Shown here one piece after another: positions 55,111 through 64,000 of a stretch of 64,000 bases of DNA (positions are counted from its first letter, which is position 1; each line of letters begins with the position of its first letter). The DNA lies in assembly GCA_022601275.1 (NCBI GenBank), contig JAHZIT010000042.1, forward strand, positions 11,500-75,499, read 5' to 3'. Under the pieces are notes generated by a model. The model did no database searches. It was not told the DNA's origin and was given only the letters and a program-made list of their open reading frames with translations. The DNA is from Actinomycetes bacterium. Its GTDB lineage: Bacteria > Actinomycetota > Actinomycetes > Mycobacteriales > Mycobacteriaceae. Both the position numbers and the translations under genes were made by a program.

Positions 55111-56190
55111 CTAGAGTTGTTTGACCAAGACGACATGCGCCATCGGGATCTGCATCGGCTCCGGTGCGGCCGCCAGGCGCTCGGCGACACCTTTTTCGAG
55201 CCGGTCGAACAATTCCGATACCCGCGGATCTGCAGCTCCGTCAGCGAGCGCCGTCGACAGCGCTGGGAATACCGAGGCCCGGGCGAAGTCAGCCCACCGC
55301 GCGCCGAAAGCAACTGAGTCGCTGTCGTTCTGGTAGCGGCCCCAAAATCGGTCGTCGGCGTCGAACAGTTCGAGATTTTCGATCTCCAGTCGTTCGAAGC
55401 GTCCCGATGGAGCGAACGGCGCGATGAAGTCCCCTGCGCGGCGCCCGACGGTGGGAATGCACATGCGGGATACTTCCTTGGCGGTGAGTAACCCGTCGGC
55501 CGTCAACTCATCAAGCCCGTCCATCATCGCCGCCAGCAACGGACGGTAGCCGAACTCGCCATCGTCACCGATCGCCGTCGTCGTCACGACCAGGCGGCCG
55601 CCGGGACACAGCTCACGGCCGCGGAACGCGACGAATTCATGCCAGTCGCGGGCGGCCTGCTTGGCGTAGGCGGCACGCACGGACTCGTCGGCGCAGTAGG
55701 CCACCTGTAGGTGGTCGTCGATGACCGCGGGCACCCGACTCAACCATTGAATCGCCCAGGAACTCCAGCCGAGGTTGACGCTGTTGGAGGGCAGGATCTG
55801 CGAATAGAAGGACCGGCCGACCGCCGAAGCGAACGTCGCACCGTCCTTGCGTAGATAGGTGTCCGGGTCCTCCTCGAGGGTCTGGAACAGCGCGGTGAAA
55901 TCGTTGTCCGGCTTGTCGGTGTGAACAACCAGCATGGAGTGCTCAGGGCGGGTTCGCCTGCGCAGCAGCGCTATTGCGGCGCCGACCGGAAGCAGCGAGT
56001 TGTACCCGATGGAAGCGCCATAGTCGGCGATGACGATCGGCTGTGGGGGAGTCGGCAGCGGTACCGCGGCGGCAGCGCGCCCGAAGACCTCGATGGCCGA
56101 TTCGAGCCCAGCGGCCTGCAGCCGTGCCGCAGCGGAATACGAACCGCTGTCCGCTGGCTCCGGCCGCACGACGATGCTCGACTCAGGCAT
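55111..56190 (-). CDS. SABATH-type (Methyltransf_7) SAM-dependent carboxyl methyltransferase
   Basis: Motif-for-motif parallel to plant salicylate/jasmonate carboxyl MTs. SYSAAARLQ (plant SYAxNSxxQ), IADYGASIGYNS (IADLGCSxGxNT), TDKPDNDFTALF (NDLPGNDFNTLF), GRSFYSQILPSNSVNLGWSSWAIQWLSRVP (GSFYxRLFPxxSxHFxxSSYSLxWLSxVP). ATG 56190 is preceded by GGAGG. Confidence 0.8.
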   Translation of the reverse strand: MPESSIVVRPEPADSGSYSAAARLQAAGLESAIEVFGRAAAAVPLPTPPQPIVIADYGASIGYNSLLPVGAAIALLRRRTRPEHSMLVVHTDKPDNDFTALFQTLEEDPDTYLRKDGATFASAVGRSFYSQILPSNSVNLGWSSWAIQWLSRVPAVIDDHLQVAYCADESVRAAYAKQAARDWHEFVAFRGRELCPGGRLVVTTTAIGDDGEFGYRPLLAAMMDGLDELTADGLLTAKEVSRMCIPTVGRRAGDFIAPFAPSGRFERLEIENLELFDADDRFWGRYQNDSDSVAFGARWADFARASVFPALSTALADGAADPRVSELFDRLEKGVAERLAAAPEPMQIPMAHVVLVKQL

Positions 56191-56269
56191 CGCGACCTCC
56201 GAGAAGTTCCAGGCAAATCCGTCACTACAAACGGTAGTCCTCGTGCGGCGGCCGCGCCGCAGAAGTGAC

Positions 56270-56376
56270 GGGCCGCGAACGTGAAGGCACCTTCACGATG
56301 GGCCGCGAACGCCCGCCATGGGGCGCGAACGTGAAGGCACCTTCACCGTGGGCCGCGAACGTGAAGGCATCTTCAC
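56270..56376. repeat. tandem array A: about 30-bp units gggccgcgaacgtgaaggcaccttcac(+3) at 56270, 56320, 56350 plus a 20-bp truncated unit at 56300
   Basis: Read directly and cross-checked against the codons of track ORF 56265-56513. Each full unit contains the 7-2-7 palindrome GTGAAGG-CA-CCTTCAC (the third copy is GTGAAGGCATCTTCAC). Confidence 0.9.
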
Positions 56377-56381
56377 GTTCG
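56356..56381. promoter_or_regulatory. perfect 11-4-11 dyad CGAACGTGAAG-GCAT-CTTCACGTTCG at the junction of arrays A and B
   Basis: Read directly. It is extendable with a bulge into the flanking GC-rich units. It could act as the terminator hairpin for the upstream minus-strand MBL/mscR operon or as an operator for the methyltransferase gene. Confidence 0.5.
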
Positions 56382-56456
56382 GCGCGGAGGTCGGCCACGT
56401 TCGGCGCGGAGGTCGGCCACGTTCGGCGCGGAGGTCGGCCACGTTCGGCGCGGGGC
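56377..56456. repeat. tandem array B: 22-bp unit gttcggcgcggaggtcggccac x3 perfect (56377, 56399, 56421) + partial fourth
   Basis: Read directly. The 5' part of the unit (cacgttcggcgcgg across unit junctions) is the near reverse complement of the 5' part of array A units (gccgcgaacgtg), so the two arrays face each other. Confidence 0.9.
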
Positions 56457-56482
56457 CCGGGCTACGAGCGCGGGGGTAGGCC

Positions 56483-57124
56483 TCAGTGGCCCCGGGCTAC
56501 CCACTCGTCGTAGTGCACGATCTCGTCGCCGATAGTCGTCGAGTCACCGTGGCCGGTATAGACGACCGTGCTGGCGGGCATCTTCGCGAGCCGTCCTGAG
56601 ATCGACTCCAGGATGGTGGGGAAGTCGGAGAACGAGCGGCCGGTGGCCCCAGGCCCGCCATGGAAGAGTGTGTCGCCGCTGAACACGGCATTCAATTCCG
56701 GTGCGTGCCAGCACACCGAGCCGGGAGAGTGCCCCGGCGTGTGCACGGCCCGTAGCTCTGTGCCGGCTACCTGCAGTCTGTCGCCATCAGACACGGAGCG
56801 GAAATCGCTGTTGGGGTGGGTTGTCCGCCACAACTTGCCGTCGGCCGGGTGCATCAAGACGGGGGCATCGAGTGTCGCGCCGAGTTGCGGCGCAACGGTG
56901 ACGTGGTCGTTGTGGCCGTGCGTGCACACGACTGCGACCACGTGCCGGCCACCGGCAGCCTCGATGATCGGCTCGGCAGTGTGCGCGGCGTCGAACACCA
57001 CCACTTCCTTGTCGTCGCCGACCAGCCAGATGTTGTTGTCGACGGCCCAGCTACCGCCGTCGAGTTCGAACGTGCCGCTCGTCACGACCCGCTGGATCGG
57101 GCCTTCCCGTTCTGTGATGCTCAT
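56483..57124 (-). CDS. metallo-beta-lactamase-fold hydrolase (glyoxalase II-like, partner of mscR)
   Basis: VCTHGHNDH (HxHxDH), HTPGHSPGS and GDTLFHGG. It is immediately downstream of the mycothiol-dependent dehydrogenase, as with Rv2260/Rv2259. Confidence 0.88.
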   Translation of the reverse strand: MSITEREGPIQRVVTSGTFELDGGSWAVDNNIWLVGDDKEVVVFDAAHTAEPIIEAAGGRHVVAVVCTHGHNDHVTVAPQLGATLDAPVLMHPADGKLWRTTHPNSDFRSVSDGDRLQVAGTELRAVHTPGHSPGSVCWHAPELNAVFSGDTLFHGGPGATGRSFSDFPTILESISGRLAKMPASTVVYTGHGDSTTIGDEIVHYDEWVARGH

Positions 57125-57152
57125 GTTCCTCCGTTCCCCCCGTGAGCGATCA

Positions 57153-58238
57153 TCACAGGACTACCACCGAGCGCAGTACCTCACCGGCGTGCATCTTGTG
57201 GAACGCCTCCTCGACGTCGCCCAGCCCGATGCGTTCGGAGACGAACTTGTCCAACGGGAATCTGCCTTGCAGATAAAGGCTGATCAGAGTGGGAAAGTCG
57301 CGCTCGGGCAAGCAGTCGCCGTACCACGAAGACTTCAAAGACCCACCGCGGGCGAAGAAGTCGATCAGCGGCATCTCAAGCGTCATGTCCGGCGTCGGCA
57401 CCCCTACCAGGACCACGGTTCCTGCCAGATCTCTGGCGTAGAAAGCCTGTTTCCACGTCTCGGGCCGACCGACCGCGTCGATGACGACGTCGGCGCCATA
57501 ACCGTCGCTCAGATCCTGAATGGTCTTAACCACATCCAACTCGATGGCATTGACGGTGTGGGTCGCACCGAACTCACGCGCCAAGTGCAGCTTCCGGTTG
57601 TCGGTATCGACCGCGATGATGCGTTTGGCGCCGACCAGTCGCGCGCCGGCGATCGCCGCATCGCCGACGCCGCCGCAGCCGATCACCGCGACGGTGTCAT
57701 CGCGGTCGACCGCGCCGGTGTTGACCGCCGCCCCCAGACCTGCCATCACCCCGCAACCGAGCAGTCCGGCCGCCGCGGGATCGGCCCCCGAATCGACCTT
57801 TGTGCACTGGCCCTCGTGCACCAGCGTCTTGTCGGCGAAGGCCCCGATGCCCAGCGCGGGCGTCAGCGGCGTGCCGTCGATGAGGGTCATCGACCCCGAT
57901 GCGTTGTACGAGTCGAAGCAGTACCCGGGCCGTCCGCGCTTGCAGGCGCGGCACTGACCGCACACCGCGCGCCAGTTCAGTATCACAAAGTCGCCGGGCA
58001 CGACGCTCGTCACGCCGGCGCCCACCGACTCGACGGTGCCTGCGGCTTCATGGCCGAGCAGGAAGGGGAATTCGTCGTTGATACCGCCTTCGCGATAGGT
58101 CAGGTCGGTGTGGCACACGCCGCAGGCAAGAATGTCTACGACGACTTCGGCCGGTCCCGGGTCGGGGATGACGATTTCCACCAACTCGACGGGTTGCGCC
58201 TTCTTCCGAGAGATCACGCCGCGCACAGTCTGGGTCAT
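57153..58238 (-). CDS. mscR: class III zinc alcohol dehydrogenase: S-(hydroxymethyl)mycothiol dehydrogenase / S-nitrosomycothiol reductase
   Basis: ATG 58238 ([29 protein letters not shown]), catalytic zinc GVCHTDL, structural zinc [15 protein letters not shown] and Rossmann VIGCGGVG. Confidence 0.88.
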   Translation of the reverse strand: MTQTVRGVISRKKAQPVELVEIVIPDPGPAEVVVDILACGVCHTDLTYREGGINDEFPFLLGHEAAGTVESVGAGVTSVVPGDFVILNWRAVCGQCRACKRGRPGYCFDSYNASGSMTLIDGTPLTPALGIGAFADKTLVHEGQCTKVDSGADPAAAGLLGCGVMAGLGAAVNTGAVDRDDTVAVIGCGGVGDAAIAGARLVGAKRIIAVDTDNRKLHLAREFGATHTVNAIELDVVKTIQDLSDGYGADVVIDAVGRPETWKQAFYARDLAGTVVLVGVPTPDMTLEMPLIDFFARGGSLKSSWYGDCLPERDFPTLISLYLQGRFPLDKFVSERIGLGDVEEAFHKMHAGEVLRSVVVL

Positions 58239-58338
58239 GTCTTCAACGTAGTGGTCGGCCAGGCGCGACTCTGGCAATTCTGGCGTCAGCTCTGGCGCCC
58301 TGGTGATGACGAACCCGACCACTGCAAGAGGAGAAACC

Positions 58339-59196
58339 GTGTACACCACGACCGCCGGCCAGGAATTGACCCAATGCCGCGACGCTGACGCGCCCGACGC
58401 CGATGCCCGCGGCGACGCGGACTGGCAGATCGCTGGTCAGGCTTGGTCGCACGCGGCGTCGGACTGGGCCTACCTCTTCGAGCCCTACGCACGCGATGCG
58501 ATCGAGGCTGTGTTCGATCTGGTCGGCGTGGATTCACAGACCCGGTTGCTCGACGTTGCCTGTGGTGCTGGGAACAGCCTGGGCCGGGCATCCCGACTCG
58601 GTGCCTCCGTCGCTGGTCTGGATGCCTCGGCCGGACTGCTCGAAATCGCGGCCCGCCGAGCCGTTGGCGCCGATCTTGTGCACGGCGACATGTTCGACCT
58701 CCCCTGGAAAGACTCATCTTTCGACATCGTGGTGTCCTTCAACGGTATCTGGGGCGGATGCGAGGCCGCGCTGGCCGAGATGGCCAGGGTGTGTCGGCCC
58801 GGCGGTCGGATCGGCCTGACGTACTGGGGGGCACCGGACCGGCTCGATTTGCTGAGCTACTTCATGACCGTGGGCGCCGCCGGCCCCGGTGTGAGTGAGG
58901 AGATCGTCTCGCTGGCCACCATCAATGTGCCGGGCGTCGCCGAGTCGATGCTCGCGGACGCGGGGTTCGAGGACGTCACGTTCGGGAGCACGCAGGCGAT
59001 CCTCGAATTCGGGGACGACGACATCGCCTGGCGGGCTCTTCGCTCACCGGGCCTGGTGCTGCCGTCGATTCGGCACACCGGGGAACGCAACCTCCGGCGG
59101 CAGGTGCTGGAGGCCATTTCACCGCACCGGCACGGCGACGGCACCTACCGGCTGTCCAATGAGCTGGTCCATGTCGTGGCCCGCAAGCCATCGTGA
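58339..59196 (+). CDS. class I SAM-dependent methyltransferase
   Basis: GTG 58339 is preceded by AGGAG. Motif [15 protein letters not shown], then post-I GLDAS and VVSFNGIW. It is divergent from mscR, as Rv2258c is (as I recall). Confidence 0.8.
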   Translation: MYTTTAGQELTQCRDADAPDADARGDADWQIAGQAWSHAASDWAYLFEPYARDAIEAVFDLVGVDSQTRLLDVACGAGNSLGRASRLGASVAGLDASAGLLEIAARRAVGADLVHGDMFDLPWKDSSFDIVVSFNGIWGGCEAALAEMARVCRPGGRIGLTYWGAPDRLDLLSYFMTVGAAGPGVSEEIVSLATINVPGVAESMLADAGFEDVTFGSTQAILEFGDDDIAWRALRSPGLVLPSIRHTGERNLRRQVLEAISPHRHGDGTYRLSNELVHVVARKPS

Positions 59197-59263
59197 GAGA
59201 CGGGTCACCTCGATCGGCTCGTTCGCCGGCCCGGTGCGATCAAGGTGGGCCTATCGTGATCGC

Positions 59264-61117
59264 ATGGACCAGTTGGTTGCTCGGTGCAGTGGTCCCGCAG
59301 GCGAAGAGATCGCCTACGCCACGGTGGGGAGCGGGCCCGCTCTGGTGCTGGCGGCCTGGTGGACGAGTCACCTCGAGTTGGATTGGCAGAATCAGGAGCT
59401 GCGCGAATTCGTGCTCGCGCTGGCCGAAAACCACACAGTGATCCGCTACGACCGGCCTGGAGTCGGGATGAGCAGCCGCGACGACCGAGACTACGACTTG
59501 CGCACCGAGACCAGCCACCTCGAGGCAGTCGTGCTGGCGTCGGGGTTCGATTCGGTTGACCTGCTGGGAATCTCCTGTGGCGGTCCGCCCTGCGTGCAGT
59601 TGGCCGCCGACCGGCCAGACCTGATCCGGCGCCTGGTGTTCATCGGCAGTTACCTGGACGGCGGCACGATCTCGGACGCGGCCACGCGGGGCGTCGTCCG
59701 CGATCTCGTCGCCGTCAATTGGGGGCTCGGCAGCAAGGCTCTTACTTCGGTGTTCGTGCCCGACTCCGACGGCGTCACCGCAAGACGGTTCGCATCAGCG
59801 CAGCGCCACACAGCCACCGCCCAGGTTGCGGCAGATCTGCTGCAACTCACCTTTGACATGGACGTCACCGAGGTCGCCCCCGCGGTCAGCCAGCCCGCGC
59901 TCGTCCTGCATCGCGCCGGCGATCACGTCGTCGCCGCCGATTCCGGCCGACGACTCGCCGAGGGGCTCGGCGACGCCGAGTTCCGGATGCTCGAGGGCCG
60001 GGCCCACCTGCCGTGGGCCGAGCGCGCGGTTGATCTGGTCGCGATGATTGAGTCGTTCCTGCTCGAGGGTGCTGCAGTCCGTGCGCATGCGCCGGAACGT
60101 AGCCTCGCTACGGTAGTGGTAGTCAAGATCGTCGAGTGCTCGCGACTGATAGCCCAGCTCGGAGATGCGCTCTGGCAGCAGCGTTTCGAAGCGTTCCATG
60201 ATCGGGTCGCAGTCGAAGCCGACGCCACCGGTGCGACGGCGGTCAGGGTCACCGGGGACGGGGCGCTGCTCACGTTCGCCCTGCCCGGCGAGGCCATAGC
60301 GTTCGCCTCGTCCATCCGGCGAGCAGCTCGTCAGTTCGGTTTCGGACTCCGCAGCGGCGTCCACACCGGCGAAGTGGAGCTGCGTGGTCCCGGCATCTCC
60401 GGACGGACGGTCCTCATCGCTTCCCAGCTCTGCGATCTTGCACCCGCGGACGGCGTCCTCGTCTCGGCCACCACTGCCGAGCTTTCCGCGGGCCGGGGGT
60501 ATCGCATGATCGACGCCGGCTCACACCGGCTCGACGGCATCGCCGATCCGGTAGCGGTACGCGAGATCGAGCCGCCCGGTGACGACATCCACGAGCCTCG
60601 GGCCCTCCGCCCGCAGTTTCGCCGCACCGGCACAAGCTGGGCCATTCACGTCGGCAACCGCGTGGTCGCCATGCGGAACACGAAGGGGATCGCCGACCTG
60701 GCTACCCTGGTCGGTTCGCCGGGGGTCGAGGTTGATGCCGTCGAGTTGATGGACGGCGGCCCCGGCTGGACGAGGAGCACCGGTGCCGATGTCCTCGACG
60801 CACGCGCGATTGCCGCCTACCGCGACCGCCTGGGAGAGATCGAGGTCGCCCTCGACGATGCTGACGCGCGCGGCGACGCCAGAGTGTCGAATCGCCTCGA
60901 AGACGAGCGTGCGGCCCTCATCGACCAGCTCCGAGCCGCGTCCGGGCTCGGCAATCGCACCCGCAGGCTGGGCGACGACGTGGAGCGGGCGCGCAAGGCG
61001 GTCTCCGCTCGCATCCGTGACGCTATCGAGAAGATCGCCGCGGCCGACGCCGAGCTCGGAGCCCACCTGCACCAGACGGTCACAACGGGTCGCTACTGTA
61101 GCTACCGAGCTACCTAG
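59264..61117 (+). CDS. alpha/beta hydrolase fused to a class III nucleotidyl-cyclase homology domain and a C-terminal helical domain (LipJ-like)
   Basis: ATG 59264 (MDQLVARCSG...). The hydrolase part has LGISCGG at the elbow position. The cyclase homology region runs SLATVVVVKIVECSRL...AVRVTGDGALLTF...RSGVHTGEVEL...GRTVLIASQL. The C-terminal about 190 aa end ARKAVSARIRDAIEKIAAADAELGAHLHQTVTTGRYCSY. Confidence 0.75.
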   Translation: MDQLVARCSGPAGEEIAYATVGSGPALVLAAWWTSHLELDWQNQELREFVLALAENHTVIRYDRPGVGMSSRDDRDYDLRTETSHLEAVVLASGFDSVDLLGISCGGPPCVQLAADRPDLIRRLVFIGSYLDGGTISDAATRGVVRDLVAVNWGLGSKALTSVFVPDSDGVTARRFASAQRHTATAQVAADLLQLTFDMDVTEVAPAVSQPALVLHRAGDHVVAADSGRRLAEGLGDAEFRMLEGRAHLPWAERAVDLVAMIESFLLEGAAVRAHAPERSLATVVVVKIVECSRLIAQLGDALWQQRFEAFHDRVAVEADATGATAVRVTGDGALLTFALPGEAIAFASSIRRAARQFGFGLRSGVHTGEVELRGPGISGRTVLIASQLCDLAPADGVLVSATTAELSAGRGYRMIDAGSHRLDGIADPVAVREIEPPGDDIHEPRALRPQFRRTGTSWAIHVGNRVVAMRNTKGIADLATLVGSPGVEVDAVELMDGGPGWTRSTGADVLDARAIAAYRDRLGEIEVALDDADARGDARVSNRLEDERAALIDQLRAASGLGNRTRRLGDDVERARKAVSARIRDAIEKIAAADAELGAHLHQTVTTGRYCSYRAT

Positions 61118-61143
61118 CAGTCATGGGTTCTAGATCATCGCCG

Positions 61144-62631
<1,488 letters not shown>

Positions 62632-62777
62632 CCTGTCGCTCGTTTGATCATATTTTTGGCAATTGCCCCACCCTATCGGGGCCTTGCGCCGGCCGAGCAC
62701 TGTGTTCGGCGGGCCAGGTGGACCGACACCCGACGCCCTACACTCAACGCCCTACCCCCTTTGGCACGCTCACCTCC

Positions 62778-64000
62778 CTATCGGTGACCTCGCCCGCCGC
62801 CTGGATCACCAAAGAGCTGTTGAGAGCCGGCTTGACCGACACTGCTCGTGGTGGCCGGTCGCGGAGCCCCGATCAGGTATCCCTGGAGCTGGTCGACCCC
62901 GAGTTCGATCAGTCGGGTTCTGGTTCTTGCGTCTTCGACGCCCTCGGCGGTGGTGAGCAATCCGAATTCCGTGGCGATGTCGATGATCATCCGCACGATG
63001 GTTTCGTCCCGTTTGTTGCCGAGCAGGTCGGCCACGAAACTCTGGTCGATCTTCAACTTGTGCAACACCAAACCGCGAAGTTCGGTGAACGTGCCGTAGC
63101 CGGTTCCGAAGTCATCAAGTGCCAACCGGCATCCCAACGAGCTCATGTCGTCGGAGAAGCGCTGAGCGATTTCCGTTGTCGCCAGGGCAGTAGTTTCGGT
63201 GATCTCGAAGGAAACCCGGGTGGCGGCGCCGCCCGCCTGGCGCAGTTGCGCGGTGATGGTGTCGATGGTTTCCGGATCGCCGATCGAGTCCGCCGAAAGG
63301 TTGACGGCCACATGGCGGCCGGCCCGGGCCAACTCGATGCCGCGAGCCACCATGAACCTGTCGATGGCCGGCATCAGGCCGAACCGCCGCGCTTGCGGGA
63401 GGAAGTCGCCGGGGGCGATCAGCTCGCCACCGGGTCCGTTCAGCCGAACCAGCAGTTCCTCCTCTACGAGCTGCCCGGTGCGGGCGTCGGCGATCGGCTG
63501 GGAGTACACCAGAAGGCGACCGTCATTGATCGCCTGCGACAGGAACTGTTCGAAGTCGAGCCGTTCACGCAACCGGCGTTCAACCCGTGCGCGTTCGGTG
63601 ACGTCGGTGCCGATCCCCCCGATACTCATCGTTCTTCCCCGGCCATCATCGACGGGGAACAACTGGATTTCGAGTGTCGACCGCTGATTGCCGACCGCGA
63701 ACTCATGTTCGAACTTCGCGACGTCACCCTTTAACGCGGCCGCCTCGGCGTCGAGAAGCTTGCGGATCAACTCCGGATCCTCTGGAGCAAGATCCACTAC
63801 CGGCGTCCCGCCCACGATCACGTCCGGATCAGCGAGACCAAAAAGTTCAGCAAACGCTTGGTTGGCGAATTCGAAACCGTTGTGCACGTTGCGCACAACG
63901 ATCGCGTTCGGCGCATTGCTGATGATCGAGCGCAGTTGGGCCTCGCCTGCGAGCCTTTCTCGTCGCTCGCGTTCGGCAATGGCAATCACGGTTACCCCGA
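62778..64000 (-). CDS. PAS-EAL c-di-GMP phosphodiesterase-type protein, N-terminus beyond the window end
   Basis: PAS-like segment (LRSIISNAPNAIVVRNVHNGFEFANQAFAELFG...). EAL-domain motifs YSQPI, EELLVRL, FEITE, DDFGTGYG, KIDQSF and EGVED. The frame stays open to position 64000, so the GTG at 63989 is probably internal. Confidence 0.85.
   Translation of the reverse strand, partial: GVTVIAIAERERRERLAGEAQLRSIISNAPNAIVVRNVHNGFEFANQAFAELFGLADPDVIVGGTPVVDLAPEDPELIRKLLDAEAAALKGDVAKFEHEFAVGNQRSTLEIQLFPVDDGRGRTMSIGGIGTDVTERARVERRLRERLDFEQFLSQAINDGRLLVYSQPIADARTGQLVEEELLVRLNGPGGELIAPGDFLPQARRFGLMPAIDRFMVARGIELARAGRHVAVNLSADSIGDPETIDTITAQLRQAGGAATRVSFEITETTALATTEIAQRFSDDMSSLGCRLALDDFGTGYGTFTELRGLVLHKLKIDQSFVADLLGNKRDETIVRMIIDIATEFGLLTTAEGVEDARTRTRLIELGVDQLQGYLIGAPRPATTSSVGQAGSQQLFGDPGGGRGHR

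Noticed and set aside
56262-56460. Possible CRISPR array
   Set aside because: The units are contiguous with no unique spacers. There are two different unit types in opposite orientation, and no cas genes anywhere in the window.
56265-56513. 82-aa track ORF across the repeat arrays
   Set aside because: The translation is just the repeat read in frame (GANVKAPSPWAANVKAS..., RSARRS...). There is no SD, and it overlaps the MBL gene end.
58895-59263. N-terminal 123-aa extension of the hydrolase-cyclase ORF
   Set aside because: It is an Arg/Ser/Trp-rich alternative frame of the methyltransferase gene (58339-59196). ATG 59264 lies after that gene's stop.
62658-62667. GGCAATTGCC palindrome (and TGATCA at 62645) upstream of the arylsulfatase gene as an operator
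   Set aside because: It is only 10 bp. Such short palindromes are expected by chance in an AT-richer promoter stretch, and there is no supporting repeat or regulator gene nearby.

Overview
This is a 64-kb, high-GC chromosomal segment with clearly mycobacterial gene content. All calls come from reading the ORF translations and the DNA by eye; no HMM or BLAST search was possible.

Layout:
- 1-13.2 kb: conserved housekeeping block. It holds an edge-truncated amidase that the ORF track misses, recO, uppS, smtB-zur, glyS, a tandem USP, a TPM-domain membrane protein, dgt, dnaG and tRNA-Asn. As I recall it, the order follows M. tuberculosis Rv2363 to Rv2342, but without the PE/PPE/ESX/IS insertions.
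- 13-25.6 kb: amidohydrolase, a TB8.4/hemophore-like secreted protein, an exported beta-carbonic anhydrase, acyl-CoA oxidase, VIT1, MarR plus an ECF-type transporter, a frameshifted tldD, pmbA and tRNA-Met(CAT).
- 25.6-27.2 kb: tRNA-flanking segment with decayed HTH frames and a bestrophin-like gene. It is bounded by a 17/19-nt repeat of the tRNA 3' end.
- 27-42 kb: secreted, membrane and oxidoreductase genes. These include a hyper-acidic repeat protein, a zinc-ribbon SDR, a WxG-headed DUF1023 hydrolase and a P450/epoxide-hydrolase-like/AKR operon.
- 42-52 kb: a same-strand block of TetR, three SDRs, a Baeyer-Villiger monooxygenase and a Dpp/Opp-type ABC importer.
- 52-56.2 kb: a SnoaL-like protein, a PEP-utilising enzyme with rifampin-phosphotransferase-like domain order, and a plant-type SABATH carboxyl methyltransferase. 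This is my best candidate for an undescribed small-molecule modification module.
- 56.2-64 kb: a 190-bp composite inverted tandem-repeat structure, MBL hydrolase plus mscR, a methyltransferase, a hydrolase fused to a degenerate cyclase, an arylsulfatase and a truncated PAS-EAL protein.

A recurring sequence-level oddity is about ten 14-30-bp tandem duplications at gene ends. I saw no CRISPR array, intact IS element or rRNA.
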